Positions 39,742 through 54,166 of a stretch of DNA of 64,000 bases are shown piece after piece; position 1 is the first letter of the stretch; each line of letters opens with the position of its first letter. A program made the position numbers and the translations under genes. The notes beneath the pieces were generated by a model that saw only the letters and a program-made list of their open reading frames with translations, ran no database searches and was not told the origin of the DNA. The stretch is from positions 17,794,001-17,858,000 of the forward strand of contig OX597816.1 of assembly GCA_951406725.2 (NCBI GenBank), read 5' to 3'. The stretch is from Octopus vulgaris (Eukaryota).

Positions 39742-42700
39742 TTTAATATACAGAGTATTTATATGGGGTGTTCGAGCTTCGAGCTACATTTGTGGGTTTG
39801 GATATTTGCATAAAAGGAGAAGAAAAGAATATTCCATCCAAAGATGGAAGTATTTTAGAAAAATCAAAATATATCACTTAGATTAGGGTTGTGAGATAAA
39901 CCGCATTCAGCTTCCACTACGGCCTCAGGGGGGCAACACCATCTTAATAAAAACAAACGCCGTGGAACACATAAACAGGTGCCTATTTAGATATGAGAAA
40001 AGATAAACTTTCACTCTGCTTATAGAAACTTGACTCAACGAAAGATGGAAGATGTGTTAGCTGAATGAAGAGGAGATTTCTAATGTACTATAGGCCGGTA
40101 CTGAATTAAGTTGACTCAACCTTGGCTCAACGAGTCATGCGAGGTTTGGTTAGATGAATGAAACGAAGGTTGCTCTATGAGTATCAGTTGGTAATATATT
40201 CAGTTGAGCATAGCGGAGCGTCATGAAATGAAACGCCTTGCTCTATGGCACGGACAACGGTCGATACAATCCAGAAATTGAAGCCACAAATTTATGATTA
40301 TAAGGCTTTAACTCTATCCTCTAGGCCACGAAAATTTACGGATACGTGGATATGTATGAAAGGTATATATGTAGTTTCTCTGGTATGCAAAACAGAGGAA
40401 TGTTCACACTTAAGACGCGTTTGTTCAAACCTCTGCACCACTTGACATTTTAGCGATCTTTTAGCCCACTAATTTAATATAATGTCCGGTCATCGTTCGG
40501 TAGCTGAAGGAACTAATCCAGTAAGAAATAACAACAATTCGCATGTGTTTTCGAAGCCTTCATGTACATGGTATATTTATTCCAATCCGAGAGGGGAGCA
40601 TTCATACACAGCTTGTATGTTTAACATTTAACGGAACAGAATGGAAGTTGAATAAGAAAAGGTTTTCGTCTTCCCGCCTTCTATGACTGGTATAGTGGAT
40701 TCAACTCAATTCAAATCAACGCGGGGTAGTCCAGTAGCAGGAACAGAGATGGAAATGATGCAGTTAGAAGCAGGCCGCTTCGGACAGCAAAAGAGGCCGT
40801 TCTTGGCTCTGCGTGTTTTTTTTTATCCCTATCTCACGAGCGCCACCTCGTTGTTAACGATGTGACCAGGGAAGATAACTCTAGATGACCCACATTAAGA
40901 CATCAAGCAAAAAAGAAAGTAAAAACAAAAAAAAAACAACAACTATATTAAAAAATGTTAATGACATGTAGATCATAACTAGTGATACCTTTTGCATTAG
41001 CAAAAACTAATTTCAATCGATAAAAGTTAAACATGTAATATTAGTTGTAGTATGGAGACAACTGCTGTGACAACGCGTAGCTGCATCCATTACTTGTTTT
41101 TTAATTTCCTAATTCTGGTGGATGACGCATTTGTACCAATCAGGTGACAACGCTTCAACCCAAGGGTCTGTTTGGTTAGTCGCTGCTGGTGAGGATTTTA
41201 CGAGGTCAGTATGCAAATCCTATTTCATCTTTATTTAGTCGCCTTTCATAACACGCAGAGGAACCGTTAGGTGAAATTCTTTGACACGCCATCCACACAC
41301 AACACAAATATGTAATGATGAGAAAATGTTACTAGTACTATTGAAAATTCTTGCAAAGTGTGGCAAGGGAGACAATTTTATTACGTAAATTTATCAAATA
41401 TTAAATGAAAATATATTATGAGAATTTCGTTTATTATGCTCTATTGTGATTTAAAGTCAATCTTGCTTTGCTGTTGGAATTATTTTTCGCCACACATTTA
41501 ATATCCATAACAGAATTAAGAGCTGTATGTTAGACACGATCGATAGCGTATGCAACCCTTGAGGGTACCCACTGCTTCCATCACATATAAATTCTGGAAT
41601 GAAATTGAAAAGGAATCCAGTATATTACAATAAGTTATGGATTTTCGATAGAAGGATGTAATACTAATATGCCACATGTAAAGATTTCAAATAAGAAGTT
41701 TGCTGATAACATATGTGTAATGTTAATTTCGCATATTATATTAGTTGCATAAAATATTTTTCAATACATTTGAGATAAGTTTTCGGTTTATTGTTTGTAT
41801 ATTCTGTCAGAAATATTTTAGGATTTTGTAATAAATTCACACTACTGTTATGACTGTTATGAATATAGATTATATAATCTTTTTTTTTATATTCCTTGAT
41901 TAAATACTGTTAAACACATTCATCAGCCTTTGTAATACTGATGCATTCGAGATTGTAGCTATACCAACGTAATCAGGTTTCTCTACATACAGACGCATAT
42001 GAAAATACAATATATATGCAGACACAAGCGCTCACTCTCACACATACACACAATCATACACACACACAAATGCGCATACCCATATAAACACAGAGCCATA
42101 CATACAAGGATCTACATAAGACATTTGAGTGGAACCCAGGCCGTGTTTTAAGCGAGGGCGTGTTTGACAGTTTCCTGAGTCCTCTCTGGTTCAAGGGACC
42201 AATTTTGATCTATGTATGTTTTGGGTTGCTGTCAATAGAAAATACTATTGGACCCAGAGCATTGGTTTGTCCGGGGGTCTTATAAATCTGCTAACAGAGC
42301 CCAGACTGGAACTTCTAATTTCAACTTGGATTGTTGAAACAAAGAAATCTTTACATTTATACATATATGTATTTTTCTTTTATCATAAAAAGCAATGTTT
42401 TTACTATTCCAGGATCACTGATTGAACCCTTTTTGTAGATAGAATTATTTTATGATTAAAAGCAGAGGAAAGAAAGTGAAAAAAAGAAGGGCAAAAGATA
42501 CAAAATAAGAGACCAAGAAGACAAGATATGAAGGACTGGTTTATCAAAATGAAAAAGTTAAATGAGAAATGCTTTGAGAAATGAAAGGAAAAAGAGGTCA
42601 CTTGACATACATGTGGATCTAGATTTAATGGTACTGCTGACATAGATGGGAAGTTAATGAGTTAGTATGTAAGTGTATATAAATGGATGTTTCAGTCATT

Positions 42701-42926
42701 TGACTGCGTCCATGATGGAGCACCACCTTTAATCGAATTAATTGACCCCAGGAAATATCTTTGTAAGCCTTGTACTTATTCTATCGGTCTCCTTGGCCGA
42801 ACAGATTAGTTACGAAACGTAAACACACCAATATCGGTTGTCAAGCGTTGGTGGGGGGATAAACGCAGACACACAAATACATACATATCTGCATATATGT
42901 GTGTATATAGTTATATGTATATGTAA

Positions 42927-42965
<39 letters not shown>

Positions 42966-43073
42966 CATGAGTGTGTGTGTATGTGTGTGTGTAGAATTCA
43001 CAAAAAAAGACGAAGACAGTTGGTGTAGACAACAAACAGATGTATTAGTATAACGCTCGGGAAGTGAAAATGA

Positions 43074-43109
43074 CTTTAACGTTTCGAGCTTACGCTCTCC
43101 CACAGAAAG
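43074..43109 (-). ncRNA. Decayed H2 hammerhead-like motif
   Basis: Minus CTTT-CTGTGGG-A-GAGC-GTAA-GCTC-GAA-ACGT-T-AAAG. Confidence 0.4.
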
Positions 43110-43201
43110 GAACACAGAAAGAAACAAGGAGAGAAAATAAAGAAGGTGTAGTGGCTAGCATATATATAGATACATACATACACAGACACAGACACACACA
43201 C

Positions 43202-43232
<31 letters not shown>

Positions 43233-43513
43233 TTATGAAAGTAATTTTGAAAATGCAATTTTAAAGATGGTTATTCACTTGACCGGTTTCACTTTTTTAG
43301 AAAAAGATTGTCAAAAGTACAATGTAATGCTTTGTATAAGCTTTGTTGTGTTAAGTATTGGTTGTCACAAAAGTATTAAAATACATATATACATTCTTTG
43401 ATAATAATAATAATAAGAAGAAGAAAATGATAAAAACAATTTACTAGAAATTATTAAAAAAAATATTCAACAAAACTTATTAGGATTTCAATAAAAATCA
43501 AGTTTGTTTGGTA

Positions 43514-43548
<35 letters not shown>

Positions 43549-43887
43549 AGTATATATATTTAAGAGATTACAAAGAATTTGAGATGAACAAACCTGTTTT
43601 CCTATATATAAAATGCTAGGAAAACAGGTTCCGTGTGTATATATATATTACCAAACAAACATGATTTCTATTGAACTCCTAATACTTTTTGTTGAATATT
43701 TTCTTAAATATTTTCTTGTAAACTGTTTTACAAAGATATTTTGTATGTCTCTCTCTCTGTCTCTCTCTCTCTCTCTCTGTATATAAATATATATATATAT
43801 TCATACGTATATTTATATGTATAAATGTCAAAATATATGTATTTAGTTACATGTATGCATGTAACGATGTGTATATGAAGATGAGTT

Positions 43888-43938
<51 letters not shown>

Positions 43939-44194
43939 CATGTGTGCGTGTGTGTGTGTGATATGTGTGTATGTATGAGTAGGTACATACATATATGTTT
44001 GTGTGTGTGTGCGTGTACATATATGCCTACATGTTTGTGTGAGTGTGTACATATGTAGACGTTTTGAACGCAGGAGATTTATGTCTATATATTATGAGAA
44101 TATGGTTGCGTGGATTTTCTTTCTTTCTTTTTGTCTTTCTTTTTCCAATTACTTGTGTTACTTCCCTTTTATTTAACGGTTTTTCATAGCGTCT

Positions 44195-44272
44195 GTTGCC
44201 ATTAATAGCTGATGAGAATGTACCGTAGCTCTTCGCTCCGACATTCGAAACTACGAGTACTATAATGACAAC
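44195..44272 (+). ncRNA. Canonical type I hammerhead ribozyme
   Basis: GTTGCCATTAATAG-CTGATGA-GAATGT-(19 nt)-ACATTC-GAAAC-TACGA-GTA-CTATAATGACAAC; all core nucleotides intact; predicted cleavage after 44259. Confidence 0.85.
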
Positions 44273-44381
44273 CGTTTAATGTTTGTTCTAGATTATAACA
44301 TATATAAATAAACCTCTATTTATCTAATATGGAAGTCTCATTCTTATGTTGTTACATTTTATAATTATTATTACACACACA

Positions 44382-44429
<48 letters not shown>

Positions 44430-44934
44430 ATATATATATGTATACATATATATGTGTGCATGTATGTGTATGTATGGATAGATTTATATACGTGAGTGCG
44501 AATGGAAAGGTGAGTGCCATTATCCATGTGATTAAGTATATTTAAGTGTTCTGCTTGCGATGGAGGTTTTACACTATTATGTGCAAACGCGTACGAGAAA
44601 AAAATAATGTTGACAATCATGCATATACATATAGAAATAAGAGGTTTCCGAATATAAAAATACCTCTATACATAAACACTTACAGTTTTGTACTCATTCA
44701 AGAGAACTACTCGAAGCATTTAATATTGTCAGGGACTTAGGGTAAATTGTTGACAGCAATCTCGACTGGAGTGCTTACATCAACAATAAAGTCGATATTG
44801 CTCGCAGGATGAGCTCAAGGATTTGGAGAATATTCTGGACCAGAGAGTAAGATATCATCATTGCCCCTACCTTTTCTCCTTTGTAGGGTCACACCAATAA
44901 TACTGCTACCCCCTCTGGTCTCTTCACACCAAAC

Positions 44935-45008
<74 letters not shown>

Positions 45009-45307
45009 ATAAAACTTACTTGGAAAAGGATGCGTGGTATTTGATCATGTAATAATATAAAAAATATATAAATATATGCATATATATACATGCATATATG
45101 TACATACCTACATATATATGTATATATACATGCATATCTGGGTACAGGACATCAAAAAAAAAAAAACGTGGAAGACAATGAGAAACGAAAACATAACAAA
45201 AACATAGAAACGAACTTCTTTTCAAACAACGAAAAAACGAAAAAAAAAGGAGTAGACAAGGATTATTCCCCTTCTTCGATTGTCCCTGTTTCGTCTACGC
45301 GGTGGAG

Positions 45308-45470
45308 ACAAGGCCGTCCCTTTGAAATACAGGCACAATTCATTTTTACCAGCTGAGTGGACTGGAGCAACGTGAAATAAAGTGTCTTGTTCAAGGACAC
45401 AACGCGTCGCCGGGAATCGAACTCACAACCTTACAATTGCGAGCCAAATGCCCTAACCATTAAGCCACAC
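45308..45470 (-). mobile_element. SINE with family D-type head joined to family C-type body
   Basis: Minus ...TTCACGTTGCTCCAGTCCACTCAGCTG.. then CCTGTATTTCAAAGGGACGGCCTTGT. Confidence 0.75.
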
Positions 45471-46642
45471 ACAATATATGTGCGTGCGTGTGTTTTACGG
45501 AGCCGTAACCTAGCAAATGCGATCGCCCGAATAAGTATCAGGCTTAGAAAAAAAATATATATATATATATGGAAAGAAGATGTGTATTCCCACGTAGAGA
45601 GAGAGAGAGAGAAAGAAAGAGAGAGAGGGGGAGAGAGAGAAAGAAAGAGAGGGAAAGAGAGAGGGTGAGAGAGGGAGAGGGAGAGAGAGGGGGATTGATA
45701 TGCATGTACAGACAAATTTATTTAATTCGTTACTTAGGAATATTCAGCTACTCATACTCTTTTCGTTTCTTACGATAATACTGGCGTTAGTTTTCCATTT
45801 TCCATTTTCTTATGTATTCTTCTATATCAACTTTCCAGTAATCCCTTTATTTTTAGAAGCCGACAATTCTTCCCTCTCTACGCTTGAAAGCATCGATCTG
45901 ACCTTGTAACTCGATATTTTTTTATCACTTGTAGCATCGAAGAAAATGTAGAACACTCTCTCCCTTACACAATTACTTTGATAAAACAGAAATCTTTTCA
46001 TACTTGAAAGCATGTTTTGGGTATGTCGTCTCCAAAGCGGGAGTAACAATAGGTTTGTCCACAAAATAAAATGCATGAGTAACATGGAATTAATGAAAAA
46101 ATAAAATAAAGGTAGTATTATATTCAATATGGGGATTGGTTTAGTATATATGTAGTCAGATTTCTCCAAACGTAGTCAACACATGTTTAATATAAGACAC
46201 GTGTAAGCTAACGTAACTAAATAAAATATTTCAGATATGGTATAATGGTTACATAGTAGAACATAATGCATTCAGTTATTCACTTAGATCAATATTTTAT
46301 TAATGCTACTCATCTCGCCCCCTTAATCATATGAAGCTTGGGATATAAGAATATCTTGTGAATATATCATGTATCCTGCGTATGGCGATTGAGAGATAGG
46401 GAATTTAGTGAAAATAACGTTAACGTGGGCTCATTTGCTTCGAAAATATTAATTTCTTGTTTTGTCTCGGGAGCATCGTAACACCAGTAATAATAATAAT
46501 AGCAAACGCACTGGTTCAATATAAGTTCTTTATTCAACTGGTTAAATATCTAACCACATAACTATTCTATCGTTATGGTACTTAATTTATCGACCCAGAA
46601 AAGATGAAAGGCAAAGTCGACTTCGGCAGAATTTGAACTCAG

Positions 46643-46680
<38 letters not shown>

Positions 46681-48017
46681 GCATTACTACTCGTAAATGC
46701 CTCTCGCTATGAGGGGACTCTTAAAGTCAATACTACCATAATAAATAGTGTACTGAACACGTTAGTTCCACTGAATTTATTATGGTACTTTTGACTTTAA
46801 GAGACCCTCATACGTGTAGTAATGCCATTAATATAAATAAATATATTTAAAGGGAATAATTATAATTTTTCCCTCATGAGGTTTTTCACGCTGACTACTT
46901 GATAAATTCTTATAATGATTTTATCCTATTTTCAAATTATATATATTTATTGTTTCAGTTTTCGTACATCAAATCCACTCCCTAAGGGTTAGTCGGCCGG
47001 AGGCTCTACTTGGGCGAGGTGCCGGACAGTGAGACTAAAGCCGGATCATGTGGGTGAGAAGCAAACTTCTTACTACATAGCCACACATTTATATTGGCAT
47101 TCATATACATACATACAGAAATAGATGAGTGAATATATATATATAGATATAAATACAAGTATATACATTTTTATACAAACACACACATACACGTACACGC
47201 ATACACACACATATATACATATATAATTACATGCATATGTGTAAATATTTATAAATATATATGTACATATACGTATATATGTATATGTATATGTGTATAC
47301 ATATATGTGTGTGTATGAATTTATGTTTGTGTGTGTATTTTCAGTCATATTTTTATTGAATTCATTTAGTATAGATTTGTAGCACCTGGAGATTTGCTTA
47401 TTCAATATAACATACGACACATTAGTATAAACTTATACATTTATTATATGAAATGTTTAGTTCTAGTTCTGTAATTCTTTTGAAATTCTAATCCTTTCGG
47501 GAATGTCAATTTCTATTTACTCATAATCATTTACTATCATTTCCCCCTTTGAATGTTACGTATTCATCAATTGGTACATTATTTATGATAGATTTTTTTT
47601 TAATGTTCTCGTTTTAATACTTAATATATACCATCAGACATTCTCTTATCCGCCATTTTTAAACATACGAAAATACTTTACCTCTTACATTTATACTTAA
47701 AGAATGCAAAACTTGTTTTATTTTAATATATGAATATTAATGTCATTTTCTGCGCCGCTTCTGTATTTCTAAATTTGTAAAAATTTTACTCCCTATTTCC
47801 AGAAATTTTCGTTTCAATATAATTGTATTAAGTAAGAAACCCTTTATTTACTTTGACATTAACTTTATAACAGAATATATTCTTAGCAAAGTATTCTTGA
47901 AGCCTTTCATACACAGAAATCTAATTAGAGTATTTCCTTTAACTACTTTTCCTAATTGACCTGAAGTTGCTTCCTTCTTTGAATCGTAATAATCATTTAA
48001 AAATATAATACTTTTCA

Positions 48018-48061
<44 letters not shown>

Positions 48062-48160
48062 GATATATAGATTGATAGACAGATAGATAGATACAAGAAT
48101 ATATATATAAATACATATACATATAGATGTATATATATATGTGTATATATCTATAAATTC

Positions 48161-48196
<36 letters not shown>

Positions 48197-48586
48197 ATGT
48201 GTGTGTGTGTATCGAGTCGGAAAAGAGACAGATCTAATGCATACAAATTAATTTATTAATAATCAAACACATTCACCAACAATTGTTTCATTTCACAGGC
48301 AGATTCATAATTCCAATGTTTTGTAATTTTAATTTTGCATGTGAAATGAAACAGTTGTTGGTGAATGCGTTTGATTAATTAATAAATGAATTTGTATCCA
48401 TTTGATCTCTCTGTTTTCTATCTCGATAAAATATGTTTGATATTTTACGACATTCTATTTAATATATTTATTGAAGAATTATTACTTCAAAGTTTAATTT
48501 ATTAAATCAATCTATCTGGGATAAGTAAACCCTAAGAGGTTTAAATATCCTCATTATGACGATACACATTCACAAATATATGTATA

Positions 48587-48679
<93 letters not shown>

Positions 48680-48891
48680 TTATATATAGTGAGAATTTAT
48701 AAAAAAAAAACAAAAGACGAAGACGGGTGTGTAAACAACAAACAGATATATTAGTTTAACGCTCGGGATGTGAGAAAGTCTTTTACATTTCGAACCTATG
48801 CTCTTTGACAGAAAGGAACACAGAAATAAACAGGGAGAGAAAACAAGTAAATGGCGAATTTTCATATACATTTATTTATATATATATATAT

Positions 48892-48936
<45 letters not shown>

Positions 48937-49169
48937 ACTAGATATATATATGTATATAGTTATGTATATACATATATAGATATATATTGGTATATATACA
49001 TACATTAATATATAGGTATATATTGGAATTAAATTTGTTGGGACACTTTCAGAAACTTTTTCTTTGGAAAATGATATAAACAGGGTCCTCTTGAAGCTCA
49101 AACACTTTTCGACATGCATTCTGTGGTAATATTGTATTCTGCTTTGCGTAACTGTGAAGAACGTATGTA

Positions 49170-49816
49170 CAGGGGATGGACAAAATTATGGAAACACCAA
49201 GCATCATGGCATCATAATTTGAAATATGTATAAAACTGTCAAAATCTTGTTTACTTTTATGTTTTTTGATTTATTATTAGTGTTCCTTAATATGTTCTCC
49301 CAACTGTTAAAGATGGAGGAGAATCTGTAATGGACTGGGGATCTATACCTTGGAAATCCGCCGGTCCAATCGTTTCCCAACATGGCAGAATTAATAGTCA
49401 AGACTATTTAAGTATTTTATCTGATCAAATTCATCCTATCGTTGCGGAACTGATTCCGGAGGGAAACTCAATTATTCAGGATGATAATGCACCAATTCCC
49501 ACTGCTAAAGATGTTACTGAATGGCACAAAGAACATTCTAGTGAGGTTAGACATCTTATCTGGCAACCACAGTCCCCAGGTCTCAATATTACTGAACACG
49601 TAAGGAGTCGATACCTTCCACCATCATCACTACAAGAACCGGAGACTCTTTTAGCTGAAGAATGGGCAAAAATTCCTTTGGAAACAATTCAAACTTTGTA
49701 CAAGTCTATACCTCGTAGAATTCAAGCTGTAATCACTGCCAAATGCGGTTCTATCCTATGATAAAATAAATTTGTTTGAAATTTTAAGGTGTTTCCATTA
49801 TTTTGTCCAACCCCTG
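49170..49816 (+). mobile_element. Internally deleted Tc1-like transposon
   Basis: TIRs CAGGGGATGGACAAAATTATGGAAACACC / GGTGTTTCCATTATTTTGTCCAACCCCTG flanked by TA; ORF 49330-49761 has IIQDDNAPI and WQPQSPGLNITEH. Confidence 0.93.
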
Positions 49817-49864
49817 TACATTCTCTTTCGTTCTATTGGGAACCGCTTTATCCTCACTAGAACG

Positions 49865-50600
49865 ATCGGTAAGAGCGAGGTATTTGAATCTCTAATTAGA
49901 CATTTCCTTTATGCCGACAACTGACAACTGTGAATTGATATTTCATAGTGAGAACAATTTAGAAAACCTTATGAAAGCATTTGACGTCATTGGATTTACA
50001 ATTATTGCTAAGACATCTATAGTAATTGATCAAACCACACCTAGGTAGGCCCTTACGTTTCCTGAATTATATGTGATGGATAAAATGTTAACTGCAGTTG
50101 GCTCCTTTAAATTATTCGGCAGAGTGGTCAGCTCCAAAGGAAATTTGGGCATAGAAATTACATCTCGATTGAAAATACAGCAAAGTCTTGTTGTGGCCAT
50201 CGGAATCGTTTGTGGGTACAACAGTATTTTAAAGTCGGCACAAAAGTTTTGGTTCATCGTGCATTTGTACTATCTTCTCTTATTTTTTCATCGGAAACAT
50301 GAACCACATGATGTTACCAAAAGCGTCTTCGTCAAAGTCTCAGGATTAGTTGGAAATCGGTTACACCAGATACAGAGGTTTTAGAGAAAGCAGGACACTC
50401 ATTAATTCGCACCGAGAGGATTTAATACGGATGGGGAACGAGCTCATTCCTAAGTAAGTTCTGTTATGGTGAGCAATGCTCAGGGAAGCGGAAACAATGT
50501 AACCCTTCCAGGCTCCCAAAACGAAAACGGTAGAGAGACTTGCTAAAAACCAGACTTAGGAAGTTGAATATACCTTACAAAGTAGTTAAATGCACTGGTC
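49865..50600 (+). mobile_element. Heavily decayed RTE-like reverse transcriptase fragment
   Basis: LIRHFLYADN (YADD-like), HSENNLENLM, VVSSKGNLGIEITSRL. Confidence 0.7.
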
Positions 50601-51437
50601 TTGTTTGAAAAGTTAATGGTGAAAACTGATTTGGTCTGGGGTAAAATATTTTGTAGAATCAAAGCTATGCAAAAGGAAAATGCGAACTATGGTGAAATAA
50701 CACCTTGCGAAACAGAGAAATTTGCAATAAAACTTGCCTTTCTACGGCTGGTTTAATTTCATATGTGAGAACCTGTTTTCGTGTAGTTGGCCCAAGTGAC
50801 AGATCATTCTGACAGATGCTCTCAAGTGTCATGCTTATAATAAGACGTAAGTCCCACGCTGCTCTAAAGATACATTTAAACATCCATGACCAATCCATAC
50901 AAGCAACACTGAACCATTTGAGGTGAGACATATCTGCACTGTTGATAATGTAAATTACAAAGCAACTGTCGAGACCCAAAAGCCACTTGTTTATGCTTAG
51001 AAAAAAAAACATCTTACAGGAAGTGTAGAAGCTTTGAATGGGAGCAGACTACCTCTATGTATGCATAGAAAGAGTCTTTAAATAGAGTGTGGAATTAGAA
51101 ACATCAAAATCATTTCGCACGCATTTGTTGTTTTTACACAATTATGTATTATACAATGTGAAATCTTTCATTTACACCACTAAATTTTTTGTGAAGAATT
51201 TTAACGAGTCTGCAGGCTCACTAGGTGGAAGCTTATCGATGTTACCAAGGCGTAGAAAACTAGAAGCCAAGACTATTCTCCGGTTGGTATTCGAGTCCTC
51301 TGCAGTGTTATACCACTGCTACTATTAGTAATAGTTCCAGTTCAGTAGTCTGGGACAATGTAAAATGAATTGTCTTGCTGTTGGACACAAATGTATTACT
51401 GGGTGTACGAATCAAACACATAAAACTACAATAGGGA

Positions 51438-52115
51438 ACTTAGCTTAGCTTGGTAGTCCATCGATATACGATGGAGACATAGTCTGTGGTCTCAGCAGTC
51501 AGCGGTGTTGACGCACGTGTCTCCGTAGCCCAAAGCCTGAAACACACAGGCGCCCGCGAGGTGGACACTGGTAGTCTGTGATCGGGACTGAGAATGATGC
51601 TACCCGGGGATGTCCGTCTGTTGCGGCTGCGACCGTTGCCGACTATCCTCTTCAAAGGCAGCTACAGCAGTGGAGGCGCAATGGCCCAATGGTTAGAGCA
51701 GCGGACTCGCGGTGGGGGGATCGCAGTTTCGGTTCCCAGACCGGGTGTTGTGTGTGTTTATTGAGCGAAAACACCTAAAGTTCCACGAGGCTCCGGCGAC
51801 CCTTGTTGTACTTTTTCGCTCTAACTTTCTCTCACTCTTTCTTCCTGTTTCTTGTCCTCGACTTCCTACGCAACCGCTGAGCATTCATCCATCCGTCGAT
51901 GCTCTCAGTGTCGGGGGTTTACCTGCTTTCTCTTCTGCGGAACTTACGAATAGCAAAAGACAACGTTTCGGACTTGTCCCACTACAGACAATCCTGAGGC
52001 GCGATCTTGCGAGCTCTGGGACGAAGACCGCTTCGCTCACCGAACAAAAAAACAAGCAGCTACAGCAGTGTAGGTGTTTGAGGAACACCCTAACACCTTG
52101 ACTGCCGGTCTTCAT
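51438..52115 (-). mobile_element. RTE-like LINE 3' end interrupted by a SINE
   Basis: Minus TDYQCPPRGRLCVSGFGLRRHVRQHR*, stem-loop CCATCGTATATCGATGG, (AAGCT)n tail. Confidence 0.75.
51671..52054 (+). mobile_element. SINE family C head with a third tail type, 15-bp TSD
   Basis: TSD GCAGCTACAGCAGTG on both sides. Confidence 0.9.
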
Positions 52116-52659
52116 TTTCTATATAATATTATGGTAAAAACATTTGATAAAGGTTTTCATATATAACAATTCAGTGAGCTTTTTGAAATTAGATAATATT
52201 TAATAACAGAAATCAAGATATATCCGCAGGGCACCCTCACCTCCACCAGTCTTGTTGAAATAACATTCGAGATTTTCTCTTCTTTAATTTACTTAATATC
52301 TAAAGATTTCTAACAGAAGAAGGAGAAAAAAAAAGAAATATTCATATTTCAAACGTCTAATAAAATCTTAAGCTAACATATTTTCTATTTCTAAAATCTT
52401 TATGGCAACAACACAACACATTTCATCCATCTGTAATCTGGACCCCTGTTATCATATATCATATGTCTAAAATTTAGCAAGAATCTGCCAACAGATTTCT
52501 AAAACTTTTGATCCTTATGCCAAAACATTTGATGTTTTTAACTTTGATTCATGATCTCCATTCTTGGTGTTTCACTTTAAATAAACTATCAAATTGGCAT
52601 TTGAATAATGCTTGTCTGACACGGCTCTTCAATGACAAACCTGGAGTCATGGGTATACG

Positions 52660-52723
<64 letters not shown>

Positions 52724-52872
52724 CACACACAAATACACCCATATTATATATATACACATGAGCATACGTGCTACGTATGACTATATATGAATGACCTGGG
52801 TGTGCGTATTTGTATTCCTGTATATATATATGTATATATATTTAGAAGCAGGGTCGTATGTATTATATGTAT

Positions 52873-52909
<37 letters not shown>

Positions 52910-52936
52910 CATATATATAATACATATATATATAAT

Positions 52937-52990
<54 letters not shown>

Positions 52991-53158
52991 GTATATGACT
53001 ATATAACTATCTATCTGTCTGTCTGCTGGCTTTTCTGTCTATCTATCTATCTAGCTAGCTATTATATATATATAATGTGTATATACATACATACGTAATA
53101 TATATATACATATACATAAATATACATACATATACATACATATATACATACATACATG

Positions 53159-53245
<87 letters not shown>

Positions 53246-54091
53246 ATACATACACACACATATTTGTACACCTACATTCACTGCAATAAGGAAGGCAAAG
53301 AGGAGAGGTGGAGTTGAAATAAGCATAGAAAACATCGAGAAAAGGAGAGAGTGAGGGAGAGTGAGAGACGGAGCGAGAAAAAGAGAGAGAGAGAAAAGGG
53401 AGAGAGAGAGTTCATGTCATACAGAAACTGATAACATATCACTTGAGACATAATTTGATTAATTAAAGTTCAGAACCTATTGATTAAATCAAATGTAGAT
53501 AACCATTTCGTTATGGGAACATTATTGATAGTGAAACAAGATATATTTTGTTCAGTATAATTTTCGCATATACGCAGAGCGAGGATATTTCTGCAAGCTT
53601 TCGTAGCATGACGTTGCAGCCATGTAAGTAGTATAGTTTCCATGGTAATAGCAGCGCAGGCTTGTCAATGATAATGTAGAAAAATCATAAGGTCAATCCC
53701 AATTCAGAACTGATTTATATACGCATTTTTGTAGCCGCTGTTGTTTTTATTTTCGGTTTTCTACAATACAACAATGTGAAAGTGAAAGTGAAACTGGAAG
53801 CAGTGGTATTGTATCCCACTTAACTAAAATTAGTGTTGCGAGGAGGTAACATTAGTATGTACCTATCAGATACTGTACAATATAAACCCATCTACTGGAG
53901 GCTTTCCCCCTTGTTGCCATTCTCAATTTATATTATTCAATGCGTAACAGGAACTCAGATAGTGTTGGATGCTCTCATGGGATTATTATGAATAGCTTAA
54001 CGAATCAATACGTACAGGATGGATAAGTAAGCTCTTAAAAGGAATCCAATGCAGTTATTTTATACTCATGAAAATCTCCCTCTCTCTCTCT

Positions 54092-54166
<75 letters not shown>

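Noticed and set aside
49330-49761. 143-aa ORF as a functional transposase gene
   Set aside because: Lacks the DNA-binding domain and first catalytic Asp; internally deleted element
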